From Balanoglossus misakiensis (lineage: Eukaryota > Animalia > Hemichordata), in the NCBI GenBank assembly GCA_040954595.2, contig CM082582.2, positions 2,960,303 through 3,024,302 of the forward strand: DNA of 64,000 bases. The letters are read 5' to 3'. Below are positions 1 to 11,119 of this stretch, piece by piece. Each line of letters starts with the position of its first letter. Within the stretch, counting starts at the first letter, position 1. The notes under the pieces were generated by a model. The model saw only the letters and a list, made by a program, of their open reading frames with translations. It did not search any database and had not been told where the DNA came from. A program made the position numbers and the translations under genes.

Positions 1-1719
1 GCTTGTGTGCCTTCGAATAAGATGATTATTATGTACATGTTACCAAAATGTTTTCATAATTTTCTAGAAATATAGAAATAAATACAATTTACTTATTTTG
101 TCAAATTTTCCTTGCAAACACCATTGTCATTGAATGTACTTACATGCGTAAACACACATCTGCTTTAAAACAAAGAGGTGATGGGTCACGTATTTACTGC
201 GTTGTATTGAATTGAGCGGACAAATTCTTTTGGTTTTCATGCATTCTTTCAGAGCTTTCCCGAGTAGCTTGCATAGTGCGCCCTCTTGTGGTGACGTGTC
301 TTCCGGGAATCGGCCCATCGGCCCGATAGAAACAAATCATCGAAGAGTTCCATCACTCTCGTTATGAAGAAACAAAATTCGCCATCGTTCCCGTTGTTAG
401 ATGGTGAAACACGTTAGAGGAAAGTGTATTTTAAGAATAGTATTTCCATTTCGACATAAACTGAGTGGAACGAGCAAATTGATTGAAACGTTCCGTAGGG
501 CTAATGGGGTGTTCAGATTTTACTTCCAGGCCCAAGCCCCAGAGAGGAAGAAAAAGCGCTCCTACTCGTGTATGACATTATTACACTCTGTACTTTTTGT
601 AACCTGTGGGAAGGTTACACCAGCCACGCTTAGCAAGCCTGATTTCCAACGGCCAGACTAGCCGCATATAACAACAATGCTTATTAGGCCTATTTTTCAA
701 GGCCACCGCTTCATATCAGAAAATAGACTTACAGTAACATTCTCTGTCAATCGTTTACTCAGATTTTACAGAGAAAAAAGTTAATAGAACCAAATAAAAA
801 TCAACTTGAATTTTTATTTCCAGCTTCTTGCACCACCCAGACATAGCCCAACCTATATGAAAACAAAATGTACTAGTAATTGATGTGGCCCAATTATTTC
901 TGCCTAAATTGTTCATGATGTACGCTTGGAGAGGGAGTCTGTGATGAGGAAATAAATACGGCACAATTCCAAATTTATCTAGATTCGGGTTTGTGGAGTA
1001 CCGGGGTGGGAGATAATTTAAAACGTTATTAAATTTACATTGCAAAAGGAAATGGTTCTCGTTTTCGGTACTGCCGTCATTGCAAATACAAAATCTATTC
1101 TCTCGTGAAAGTTTTGTTTGTCTTTCTTGTTTATTGATACCATACGGAAGAAAGAAAGTGAGTATTTAAATATAGGTTTCATAGGGGTCAAAAGAGTTCC
1201 AGTGACAGAGAAGATTTGGTGTCAAGTCTACTTGAACAAACGTACCCGCATAAGGTAACCACAATCTTTCAATGATTCTGTGAAAAGCTATATTAAGTTT
1301 TGGTGCAACATTTTTCGAGATTGCTGAGCCAGAGTATGCATGATGTCGTCACAGACAAAGAAATAACTTTTACCCAAAAAGCGGGTTCTACGACGTAGCC
1401 TACATTGGAGACTCGAGGTTGTGCAAAACTATTGAACTTTGGACAATAATTATAATCTGACGTTTACTCTGAAATTTGGTTATAATATATGGTTACGGCA
1501 CCCCCCCCCAAAAAAAATATATATATATAAAACAAACAAACACAATGAACCTCACGAAAAAAAAAAAAATCTGATATTGTTGAATTGGCAAGCTGGACCA
1601 AGTACGTTCCAATTGAAGTGCCAATCGTCATAACCATTTTCACGAAATTAACAGTAGTTTATTTCCGTACCGTCACAGGAAAGAAAATTAATTGAAATGT
1701 TATTTCACAAAAACTTGAG

Positions 1720-1783
1720 TTCTACCTCGTAATGACGTCAGTCCGGAATCACATGAGATTGCACAAATCTCCCAGAAGTCAGT
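1720..1783 (+). repeat. DIRS left inverted terminal repeat
   Basis: Its reverse complement is found at 6421-6461 (outer part) and 6747-6783 (inner part). Confidence 0.9.
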
Positions 1784-2003
1784 GCGCATTTCTACCCCGT
1801 AAGTAGAAGTCACGTTGTTTCAGAGCTCTCGCCAAAATTGGCGTAAAAAGCTCAAATTCTTAATTTTAACGAACACTTGGCAGACCGGAGGTCTCCGTTC
1901 TTGGGTTGAATAACCCCTGGATCTAAAATTCTGTGAAGAATTTCACAAATCGACAGAAAAACTGTCCAGTGGGATTTGTCTCACAAAGACGCTAACGCAC
2001 ATC

Positions 2004-3470
2004 ATGGCGGCAGTCGACCCCGAAGTCGCTGACACATCTAGCGGTAAAGACAAATCTACTGCCGCAAAACCCTCAGGGGCTAAAACCAAAAAACCGGACG
2101 ATCCAAAAACGTCTCGGACTACAGGTGTGAAGACACATGTGTCGACAGATAAGCGTGATCCGACACCACCGGTACGCTCAGGAAGACGTACATCTTCTCT
2201 GCTGAACGAACACCGACCCGCTACGGGGCGAACCCAGATCGATACCCCAATAGCGGCAGACATCCCACCAAATTTTCCTAGGGGTGAAAGTCAGTCTGGA
2301 CCCCATGCTCAGGAGGATTTTAGTACTGCTTTAAATCGCTTTGCAGCAATGCAGCAACAGTCGATGAACTCGTTCGCACACGCAATGTCCAGCAGTGTGT
2401 CCCAGGCATTGAACGATGCCATAACAAGGATGGATCGCAAACGTGCCGCAGAGGCAGAAATCGAACATCATGACAGAAACCTTACGCCAAAAAGGCTAAA
2501 AATACCCATCACCGGCGATCCAAGTGATTTTGACGGAAATCCTGTGAATTTCCTACATACGGAAAATGAGCGGGAAGTGCGTGAAATGACCCCGGAAGAG
2601 GAGGTCAACGACATTGACACAGCAGTCGCTAACTTGTTCGATTACAACGAACGTACACGCGCTTCACAGGGCTCACAAGACTGTGCAAGTACAGACAATG
2701 AGATCGACATTCAAGCCACTACTAGCTCAGGACAGCCGTCGGAGGACTGGCTAAACGATTTGGCGCAGGAGTTGGATCTGGAAGATCAGAAATTCGGGCC
2801 GCCGATCAGTACCAAACTGGCGGAGATAGCCAACAAGATGATGGCCACGCCACTGAGCAAAGAAACGCTAAGAGAGAAATTTAAACAATATCTGACACCA
2901 GAAAACTGTGATAAAGTAGTAGCAGCAAAGGTAAATGAAGAAATTTGGCACAAAGTAAAACCAGATACACGTTCTCGTGATATCAAATTACAGTCAATAC
3001 AGAAGTGTTTGATAAAGGCCATGATTCCCATGCTACTCATAACTGATAATTTACTGAAACCACAGAAACCATTGGTAACAGTTAACGCACAAACCTTGGT
3101 CAAACAGCTGACAGATGCTTTAGCCTTCATGGGTCAAGGCTGCTGGGAAATAAACCAGCGACGACGAGCTGCCATAAGGCCGGATCTAAATCAACAATAC
3201 AGACAGCTGTGTTCTAGACAAGTACCAATAACAACCTTCCTTTTTGGAGATGATCTTCCTAAACAAGTAAATGACATCAACACCACAAATAGAGTTGGAT
3301 ATAAGGTGTCAACAAGCCAGAAGTATCAAAACCAACGCACCAACTATGGTCGATCAGGCTACAGGACAAACTACCAAAGCCAACAAAAGGGAAAAAACTA
3401 CTATTCCCTCCACAAAAAATCACAGTACAATGCCCAGTGGAAGAAAGGGACAGAAGGGTCACAGAAATAG
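2004..3470 (+). CDS. gag: DIRS ORF1 gag-like protein, 488 aa
   Basis: Long first ORF of the element, upstream of and overlapping RT. Has invertebrate DIRS ORF1-type motifs (PENC...KVNEEIW...RSRDIKLQ..Q; RRRAAIRP.L; FLFGDDL). Confidence 0.85.
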   Translation: MAAVDPEVADTSSGKDKSTAAKPSGAKTKKPDDPKTSRTTGVKTHVSTDKRDPTPPVRSGRRTSSLLNEHRPATGRTQIDTPIAADIPPNFPRGESQSGPHAQEDFSTALNRFAAMQQQSMNSFAHAMSSSVSQALNDAITRMDRKRAAEAEIEHHDRNLTPKRLKIPITGDPSDFDGNPVNFLHTENEREVREMTPEEEVNDIDTAVANLFDYNERTRASQGSQDCASTDNEIDIQATTSSGQPSEDWLNDLAQELDLEDQKFGPPISTKLAEIANKMMATPLSKETLREKFKQYLTPENCDKVVAAKVNEEIWHKVKPDTRSRDIKLQSIQKCLIKAMIPMLLITDNLLKPQKPLVTVNAQTLVKQLTDALAFMGQGCWEINQRRRAAIRPDLNQQYRQLCSRQVPITTFLFGDDLPKQVNDINTTNRVGYKVSTSQKYQNQRTNYGRSGYRTNYQSQQKGKNYYSLHKKSQYNAQWKKGTEGSQK

Positions 3471-4198
3471 AGATGACTAAGGTCAGTAAAAAAGGTGAGA
3501 ACAACAATGATTCCTACACAATCAAACCCTTTGTGGCAGGTGCTCTGAGAATGCACATTAATAAATGGAGAGAAATAACCTCGGATGAGAAAATATTAAG
3601 CATAGTCAAAGGTTGTGAAATTGAATTTGATATGATACCCCCGCAGCGGTCGGCAATTAGAGTCATAAAGTTCACAGAACAGGAACAGACAATTATTGAC
3701 TCTGAAATTACAAAGCTTTGTAATAAGCAGGTTATCATACCATCTACACATTGTGAAGGGGAATTCATCTCCCCCATTTTCATTAGGCCAAAAAAGAATG
3801 GCGATTACAGGTTAATTTTAAATTTGAAAGACCTTAACAAATATGTATCATATCACCATTTTAAAATGGAATCACTATTATCTGTAATAACCCTGATGCG
3901 GAAAGACTGCTATATGGCATCCATAGATCTGAAAGATGCTTATTACTCAGTGCCCATTGCAAATCATCACCAGAAATATTTGAAATTTATCTGGAGAAAA
4001 CAATTATATCAGTTCACCTGTCTCCCAAATGGTTTGGCCTGTGCGCCTAGACTATTCACTAAGCTTTTAAAGCCAGTTTTTGCACATATACGAAACATGG
4101 GACATATTTCAGCACCATATATTGACGACTCCTACTTGCAAGGAGACAATTTTCAGGAGTATCAGCTGAACATACGCTATACTACCAACTATTGTTAG
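3437..4198 (+). CDS. pol: DIRS reverse transcriptase (N-terminal part of pol; frameshift near 4186)
   Basis: RT motifs ISPIFIRPKK.G.YRLILNLK.LN, HFKME, IDLKDAYYSVP, LPNGL..APR.FTK and catalytic YIDD. The true start may be the ATG at 3472-3475. Confidence 0.93.
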   Translation: MEERDRRVTEIEMTKVSKKGENNNDSYTIKPFVAGALRMHINKWREITSDEKILSIVKGCEIEFDMIPPQRSAIRVIKFTEQEQTIIDSEITKLCNKQVIIPSTHCEGEFISPIFIRPKKNGDYRLILNLKDLNKYVSYHHFKMESLLSVITLMRKDCYMASIDLKDAYYSVPIANHHQKYLKFIWRKQLYQFTCLPNGLACAPRLFTKLLKPVFAHIRNMGHISAPYIDDSYLQGDNFQEYQLNIRYTTNYC

Positions 4199-5547
4199 AG
4201 CTAGGATTCACTCCAAATCAGGAAAAATCAATTATGATACCCACACAAAGATTGATATTCTTGGGTTTTTTATTGGATTCTTATCAAATGAAAATTTCAT
4301 TGACAGAGGAGAAAGCTCAGAAATTACAAAGGGCTTGCCAATCCTTATTAGATAGTATGAAAACCACAATCAGAGAGGTTGCTCATGTCATAGGACTAAT
4401 GGTATCATCATTTCCTGGGAATCAACATGGGCCACTGTTCTATCAAAATTTAGAACTTAGCAAAATAAAAGCACTGAAATCTGCACGTGGGAATTACGAT
4501 GCAAGCATGTCACTCAATGATAATGACAAAAATGACTTACAATGGTGGATAACCAAGATAACTACTGTCTCTAAACCAGTCTCACATGACCAGCCCACTA
4601 TTTGGTTACAATCTGACGCCTCCAAAAAAGGGTGGGGGGCAGTCAGGCAGGGTCACAGCACAGGGGGTCAGTGGACACCTGAGGAATCATTAGAACACAT
4701 AAATTTCTTGGAACTAAAGGCAGCATTCTTTGCTTTAAAGAGCTTTTGCTCTGATTGTAGCCAGGTTCACATACGAATAGAAATAGACAACACTACCGCA
4801 GTAGCCTATGTAAACCATATGGGAGGCACCCAATCAATCAAATGCAATGAGCTAGCAAAAGAAATATGGTTATGGTGCATAGACAGACGAATTTGGTTAT
4901 CGGCGGCACACTTACCAGGTTCAGAAAATATACTGGCAGACAAATGCTCCCGGAAATTCCAGGGGGAAACAGAATGGATGCTAGATAAGAACATTTTTGC
5001 ATCCATAACTGAAAAATTGGGGACTCCAACCATTGACCTTTTCGCATCAAGGTTGAATTACCAAATAAAACCATACATTTCTTGGAAACCTGACCCTGAA
5101 GCTCAAGCAGTAGATGCTTTTTCAATTTCATGGGCTAACACTACATTTTATGCCTTCCCTCCTTTCAGTATAATCAACCAAGTTCTCCAGATGGTGGAAT
5201 TGGAGGAAGCAGAAGGGATAATCATCCTTCCGTACTGGCCAACACAAAGTTGGTTTGCCAAAGCAATGAGACTGCTGACAGAGCCGCCACTAGTACTTCC
5301 AAGAACTCGAACACTTTTGATCAATCCTTTAGTAAAGGACCAACACCATCCTCTGTCACCAAAACTGGTGTTACTAGCTTGCCGCTTGTCAGGAAACGAC
5401 TTAAAAGTCAAGGCATTTCAGCAGACACTATTTCCATTATCATGTCATCATGGAGAGAATCCACTCAAAGACAATATGAACCCTATTTACAGAGATGGCT
5501 TACATTCTGTGCTGAAAGGGAAATTGATCCCATTTATGCAAATGTAG
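4192..5547 (+). CDS. pol: DIRS pol C-terminal part: RT thumb, RNase H and N6-adenine methyltransferase-like domain
   Basis: LGF..N.EKS, SDASKKGWG, HINFLELKA, DNTTAVAYVN..GGT and H.PG.EN..AD are RNase H motifs. DLFASRLN and YAFPPF are DIRS methyltransferase motifs. Continues the RT ORF in the -1 frame. Confidence 0.93.
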   Translation: MLELGFTPNQEKSIMIPTQRLIFLGFLLDSYQMKISLTEEKAQKLQRACQSLLDSMKTTIREVAHVIGLMVSSFPGNQHGPLFYQNLELSKIKALKSARGNYDASMSLNDNDKNDLQWWITKITTVSKPVSHDQPTIWLQSDASKKGWGAVRQGHSTGGQWTPEESLEHINFLELKAAFFALKSFCSDCSQVHIRIEIDNTTAVAYVNHMGGTQSIKCNELAKEIWLWCIDRRIWLSAAHLPGSENILADKCSRKFQGETEWMLDKNIFASITEKLGTPTIDLFASRLNYQIKPYISWKPDPEAQAVDAFSISWANTTFYAFPPFSIINQVLQMVELEEAEGIIILPYWPTQSWFAKAMRLLTEPPLVLPRTRTLLINPLVKDQHHPLSPKLVLLACRLSGNDLKVKAFQQTLFPLSCHHGENPLKDNMNPIYRDGLHSVLKGKLIPFMQM

Positions 5548-6365
5548 AAATTGCTTTGGAGTTTCTAACACAACTTTATCAAAAAGGTTTGCACTATAGT
5601 GCATTAAACACAGCCAGGTCGGCTTTATCTAGTGTTATACAGTTACCGTTTAATAGTTCGTTTGGCACACACCCGTTGGTGGTGCGTTTCATGAAGGGCG
5701 TTTTTCAAACAAGACCAGCGTTACCAAGATACGTAGATACTTGGGACACAGATAAAGTGTTAAGTTACTTAAGAAATTTATCCCCAGTCAAAAGTTTGAC
5801 ATTAAAGGATCTTACTCTCAAGTTAGTTATGTTAATGGCCATTTTGTCTGGCCAAAGATTACAGACGTTACACTTGTTGAATTTAAAGACGTTGATTGTT
5901 GGCAAGTCTTGCTACAAGTTCATTATTGACAAGCCACTAAAACATACCAGGCTAGGAGCACATCAGGCTGAGCAAAAATTTTCAGCTTTTCCGCCAGACA
6001 GACGCCTTTGCATAGTCTTTGTCTTAAGAGAATATTTACTAAGAACAAAGACCCTCAGAAATCAGGAAACCCAGCTTTTAATTAGTTACGTGAAACCCTA
6101 CAAAGCTGTATCAAAAGATACAATATCTAGATGGATTAAATTGGTTTTATCCAGAGCAGGTATTGACCTAACTAGATTTTCAGCTCATAGCACTAGGTCT
6201 GCATCTACTTCCGCTGCTAAGGACAGGGGAGTCCCTATTGAAGCCATTTTGAGCAAAGCTGGCTGGTCAAATACATCAACATTTGCCAGATATTATAACA
6301 AGCCTATTGACAGGTCTGATACTTTTGCCACAGGTTTGTTGAAAAACTTTACACACAAGAAATAA
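5250..6365 (+). CDS. DIRS tyrosine recombinase
   Basis: Catalytic set R (SGQR), HxxR (HSTR), W (AGW) and Y (FARYY), preceded by an N-terminal SAM-like region (SWRESTQRQY...LNTARSALS). Overlaps the pol 3' end. Start codon uncertain. Confidence 0.93.
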   Translation: MVCQSNETADRAATSTSKNSNTFDQSFSKGPTPSSVTKTGVTSLPLVRKRLKSQGISADTISIIMSSWRESTQRQYEPYLQRWLTFCAEREIDPIYANVEIALEFLTQLYQKGLHYSALNTARSALSSVIQLPFNSSFGTHPLVVRFMKGVFQTRPALPRYVDTWDTDKVLSYLRNLSPVKSLTLKDLTLKLVMLMAILSGQRLQTLHLLNLKTLIVGKSCYKFIIDKPLKHTRLGAHQAEQKFSAFPPDRRLCIVFVLREYLLRTKTLRNQETQLLISYVKPYKAVSKDTISRWIKLVLSRAGIDLTRFSAHSTRSASTSAAKDRGVPIEAILSKAGWSNTSTFARYYNKPIDRSDTFATGLLKNFTHKK

Positions 6366-6420
6366 AGTTACTCTGTTACTGGTTATAGATTTGTTGCATT
6401 TCGTGAATACGTTGCTTTCA

Positions 6421-6545
6421 AATCTCATGTGATTCCGGACTGACGTCATTACGAGGTAGAATTCCACAATTAAACGAAACTTACCTGTAAGTTGAAATTT
6501 GATTGGAATTCTACCGAGTGATGTAAGTCAGGAAGGGATCACATG
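6421..6545 (+). repeat. DIRS internal complementary region (ICR)
   Basis: 6421-6461 is the reverse complement of 1720-1760. 6462-6545 is the reverse complement of the last ~84 bp of the element, ending at 6858. Confidence 0.92.
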
Positions 6546-6746
6546 CCCTACCCTGGCATCTTTTCCCACCCATTGGGATTTTGTAATGCTCAAAGCATTT
6601 GCTGACAATTTTTCTCTGAGTGATTTATATAAACACTCACTGATGATGAGGATACTCAGATATATGATGAGATATATAACACTCACTGATGATGAGACTA
6701 TTCGTAATGACTTGATGTGAATGTATTCACTCAATGCATGTTCAAT

Positions 6747-6858
6747 ACTGACTTCTGGGAGATTTGTGCAATCTCATGTGATCCCTTCCTGACTTACATC
6801 ACTCGGTAGAATTCCAATCAAATTTCAACTTACAGGTAAGTTTCGTTTAATTGTGGAA
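6747..6858 (+). repeat. DIRS right inverted terminal repeat with extension
   Basis: ACTGACTTCTGGGAGATTTGTGCAATCTCATGTGAT is the inverse of the left ITR. The remainder is complementary to the ICR. Confidence 0.9.
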
Positions 6859-6989
6859 CTTATATTGAAAAATTAAACTATTACAATATTATACAATTGT
6901 CCTATTTCATAGCAAATACTTATCAACCCAATATTTTCCGGAGTCTACAGCTAGTTTCTGGTTCGTAAAATAACAAATTATTACCATTT

Positions 6990-7204
6990 TCGCATGTGCA
7001 GATGTCAACATGTATTGAGGTATCACAGGGCAATCGCTTGCGCGTCACGCTACTCGTCGCCCGAAAATCTGACACGACGGATTTCGAGGCGACGTCGCCA
7101 GACACGTTCCAGCGACGCGACTACATCATACACACGAGGCAACTCAACGAGCAACTCGAGTTGCCTGCCGAGTTGTCTGCCGAGTTGCCTCGTGTAAATC
7201 GGCC
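6990..7204. mobile_element. Possible truncated MITE end (Harbinger-like terminus) with internal palindrome
   Basis: Inverted repeat ACACGAGGCAACTC...GAGTTGCCTCGTGT (7132-7195), short GAGTTG(C/T)CT repeats, and an end reading CGTGTAAATCGGCC. No partner TIR found. Confidence 0.35.
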
Positions 7205-7908
7205 TGTAGACTCTGTAGATCGACGGTTTGTTCTAAAATATCCATGGCTGCTGCCAAACGCCGTCTCGTTATTTGCATATTCAGTTGTGATGCGTAGAAC
7301 ACACAGGTCCGAGCGAATAAGAAAGTTTTCCGGTAGACTCTGTAGATTGACGGTTTGTTCTAAAATATCCATGGATGCTTCCAAACGCTGTCTTGTTATT
7401 TGCATATTCAGTTGTGATGTGTAGAACACACTGGCCCGAGCGAATAAGAAAGTTTTCCGGTAGACTCTGTAGATCGACTGTTTGTTCTAAAATATCCATG
7501 GTTGCTTCCAAACGCCGTCACGTTGTTTGCATATTCCGTTGTGATGCGTAGACCACATTGGCCCGAGCGAATAAGAAATTTTTCCGGTAGACTCTGTAGA
7601 TCGACTGTTTGTTCTAAAATACCCATGGTCGCTTCCAAACGCTGTCTTGTTATTTGCATCAGTTGTGATGCGTAGAACACACTGGCCCGAGCGAATAAGA
7701 ACGTTTTTCGGTATACGCTGTAGCTAGATCGACGGTTGTTCTAAAATATCCATGGTTGCTTCCAAACGCCGTCTCGTTATTTGCATATTTAGTTGTCATG
7801 CGTAGAACACACTGCCCGAGCGAATAAGAAAGTTTTCCGGTAGACTCTGTAGATCGGCTGTTTGTTCTAAAATATCCATAGTTGCTTCCAAACATTGTCT
7901 TGTTATTT
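7205..7908. repeat. Tandem repeat, ~127-bp unit, ~5.5 copies
   Basis: GGTAGACTCTGTAGATCGAC-like motif recurs at about 7205, 7332, 7459, 7586, 7710 and 7839. Confidence 0.92.
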
Positions 7909-8499
7909 AGTAGTAGTTGAACTATGACTGACATAGTGACAAAAAATATGTTGCCTCTCCCCATACAATGTTATGCTGACCCATAGCTCTTTTCTATGAC
8001 AGAGAATAACATGTCATTCCCACTCCTGTTTCAGTACAATAACGATGATAAAATGTTCTGCCATGTAGCTCTGTTCAATGACTGTCATGACTGTACACAT
8101 GGATATCCCCTAGTGAATGCTAATGGAATATCATCCCGTCCCTAGCTCTGTTCAATAACTGTTCTGATAGAATATTTAGTGAACAAGCGACGCCGTCTAA
8201 ATTATGCAAACAAACACATTTACATGAGTAGAATCAATGATGGGGGAAGGGGGCTGATCAAAAATGAATCAAGAGACCATATTTTTTATTAAAAGTTGAA
8301 ATATTTATTCATGTTTATACACACTTATTTGTTTGTTTGTTGCCAGGTTTTAAGAAATAAAGATTTAAATATATTCATTTCTGTACATCATGTGTTTGTG
8401 TAATTTATTGAGAACAATGGAATTCAGAAAGGGCTTCATAGTCTTTGTGTAATGTAAATAGCAACTGAACCACACATTACTAACATGAAATGAAACTAG

Positions 8500-8612
8500 A
8501 AATGCAGTTGACAGAAGGCTACCATCATAGTACTGTTTTAAATCATGACATCTCACTTGAGGAGGTAACCAAAGTTGTTGATCACTCCAAACTTAGGAAA
8601 ACTGTAGGAATA
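8500..8612 (+). pseudogene. Short non-LTR retrotransposon ORF2 fragment
   Basis: LNHDISLEEVTKVVDHSKLRKTVGI resembles the LNxxIxxEEVxxAIxxxKxxKxxGxD pre-RT motif of LINEs. Confidence 0.4.
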
Positions 8613-9981
8613 AATTACCATATCAGGTTTTCAAAAATCACGTTGATAACTTGGCCACTAGGACCACGTGTAGTTGGACCTGTTGGGGAAGAAAGAGGCA
8701 CGGTTCAGAAAGCAGAGTCACCTACCCGATCCTTTCAAAACATTGAAAAACAAGTTCAATTGAAATATGTACATGCATGTACCTATACCCGTACACGTGA
8801 AAACGCGCTTTGACAAATCTAGCGCACCGGAAGTGAGCAAACCATTCGCAAAAACCGTCCCCCATTGTCCCCCATTAGATAATCTGCTGTTTGAAGACAT
8901 TGTTTCGTTCAACACTGTATATGGAACATGAAACAACAGGTCAATTGACTTAAACTAGGTATAGAAGGTTCAGATCGATTGTTTTTAAACTGGTACGTTC
9001 TATTGCTTGTTATGTCGATTCGAATCATGGCGGGCAAATAGTCACACGGACATCGATTTTCATGAAATTCGACTGAAATGTTTTACGCCATGCTGGAAGG
9101 GAGGGTATGACGTACAAGTCAAACCGAAAATACCCGAAAGTCGATGTACATAACGTCAATAACAGGCCGATAACATCCAAGAGCGAACTTCGACAAATAC
9201 TTCCGCATTTCCATGCCATGGACGTCACTATATGCAAATACAGGGTCTGAGCATGCGCAGACATATTGTAGGCAGTCGCTAAATTTGGAGGTTTGTCCTA
9301 CTGCTGTTCAATAACTGTTCTGATAGACTAAATGCGACATTAACACTAGAGGACATGTACTGATCTGAGTGAACAGTGCCCAGAGTACGACGTGTCTCAA
9401 AAAAAGAGATTTTCGCAAGTTGATTTTCGGTGCGGCCTGTGGTGATTCTTCGACACAATACCAAAATTGAGTCTACCAACACTGCTAGCGACAATCATCA
9501 TGCAAACGGAGAGGTCTTTACTGATGACTGTATAGCGATAAACCCTAAGACTGTAACAGCGTCCGAAGTCCTACACAGACTGTGTCCCCTCCTGAGGTCA
9601 GCACGAGGTGCCCTCATCTCATGTATCTAATTTTGCAAAGAAGTTACGCCTACCAGCCTCGTTCGCGAACGTACAGCTCGCAAAGTCTGCGGGCAAGATG
9701 GTCGTCATCGCAAAGAGAGTGTGTCAACTAATTAATGAAGTTAATTTGTTCCAAATGGTCACATGGTTCATTTGTGTACAGATTGCACTAGTAACAGCAT
9801 TGTGTGAGAAAATGGCGAGGAACGGAGTCCCGGACACTTTCTCGCTGTTCAAGCATGCAAGAACACAATCTTCATCGCAACAGGTCCAGCGAGAAATCTG
9901 CAAGTGAAGTATTGCAGTCAGTCGCGAGAAAATAGTTTACCCACTTTGCATCTTTATCTGTATACTCTTTTCCAGACCTTA

Positions 9982-11048
9982 GGGAGCATTCGTTTTTTAC
10001 AGGGAGGGGGGGGGGGCGGTGGAAATCAGGGGGGGGGGGTTACTTTTACAAAGCAGTTTTTAGGGAGGGGACAAATTTTATAATCAAGGGATTATTATAT
10101 AGGGACTGAAAGGGAGGACTTGAAAACTTTGACGGCTAAATATTTATTTTGAGTCCACAAAAATGCAGTTTCGCGTCCTTTATTTTACAAAATTTTCTAA
10201 TGTGGGAGGGGGACACCCCCTCCCACACCCACCCCCTCCATTCATCAACACCTTTCAATCAGTGACTGGTTTATCTAGTGTCCCAGGTCAGGGGACTTGC
10301 CCCCACCCCATGATAACTTGGAGCGGCGACATTAATTTGCTTTTGCTGGATTCATTAAAATGCAGCTTTGAGCTCTGTATTTTATAAAATTTTCTTACGT
10401 GGGAGGGGGACACCCCCTCCCAAACCCACCCCTTCAATTCTCGGTTTACAATGTCTCCCAACACAGAATACAAATACTTAAAAAATAAAAACAATGTTCA
10501 GTAGACATGTAAATGAACAGACATAAATTGACAACAGAGAAAAAGATGCTGAAAAAAGACAAACTGAAAATAGTTGAAGCGCACATTGGCCGGAAACTGT
10601 GTCAAACAACTCTGGAAAGTCTCAGAGTAAACCATGAGAGAGACAAAGAGGAGGATGAGCAGGAGGATGAAGAGGATGACTCGGACGAGGACAGTGAACC
10701 AGAAGATGAACATGTAGTGATAGGTGAACTAGGTGATTCAGCGGAAAGTGACTCAGAAAGTGATAGCGGCGACATTGAAAATGAACTCTTTCACGTAACA
10801 AGATCAGGCAGACAATGCACTACTTGGAAATCAAGGAACTAGGTTTCATGGTTGATTATGTGGTATGTCGAACATACACCAATATCTGACAAAGTTTGAT
10901 AAGTTTAATCCGGTGGATAAACTTTTTTTTTTGGGGGGGGTCACATTTTAGAAAAGTAATTTCCAGGGGGGGGGTGCCTTTTACATTTAGTCGGCGACTC
11001 AAATTCCACCGCCCCCCCCCCCCCTCCCTGTAAAAAACGAATGCTCCC
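9982..11048. mobile_element. Non-autonomous PIF/Harbinger-type element (MITE), 1067 bp
   Basis: TIR GGGAGCATTCGTTTTTTACAGGG(poly-G)CGGTGGAA is mirrored at the right end. TTA TSD at 9979-9981 and 11049-11051. Confidence 0.9.
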
Positions 11049-11119
11049 TTACATTGGCTACACGCGGTTGACTGTGAGAATTAAATTTCTCGCATATGCA
11101 GCGCGAGAAAAGTTAATTC

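Larger units (their letters stand above)
1720..6858 (+). mobile_element. Full-length DIRS-type tyrosine-recombinase retrotransposon
   Basis: The 5' terminus TTCTACCTCG...CCCAGAAGTCAGT (1720-1783) is partly inverted at 6747-6783. Region 6421-6545 is complementary to both termini. Overlapping gag, RT-RNaseH-methyltransferase and tyrosine recombinase ORFs lie between. No TSD, as expected for DIRS. Confidence 0.95.

Noticed and set aside
280-660. Possible right end of a TAG-terminated transposon (...GGCCAGACTA)
   Set aside because: No partner TIR or TSD within the window, so it cannot be supported.
6633-6700. Hammerhead ribozyme in the DIRS 3' region (CTGATGA-TGAGgataCTCA-GATA)
   Set aside because: The core has GATA instead of GAAA and no stem I pairing. 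It is better explained by a short ACACTCACTGATGATGAG duplication.
6996-7964. Overlapping ORFs with repeated peptides
   Set aside because: They are translations of the 127-bp tandem repeat, with frames shifting between copies.
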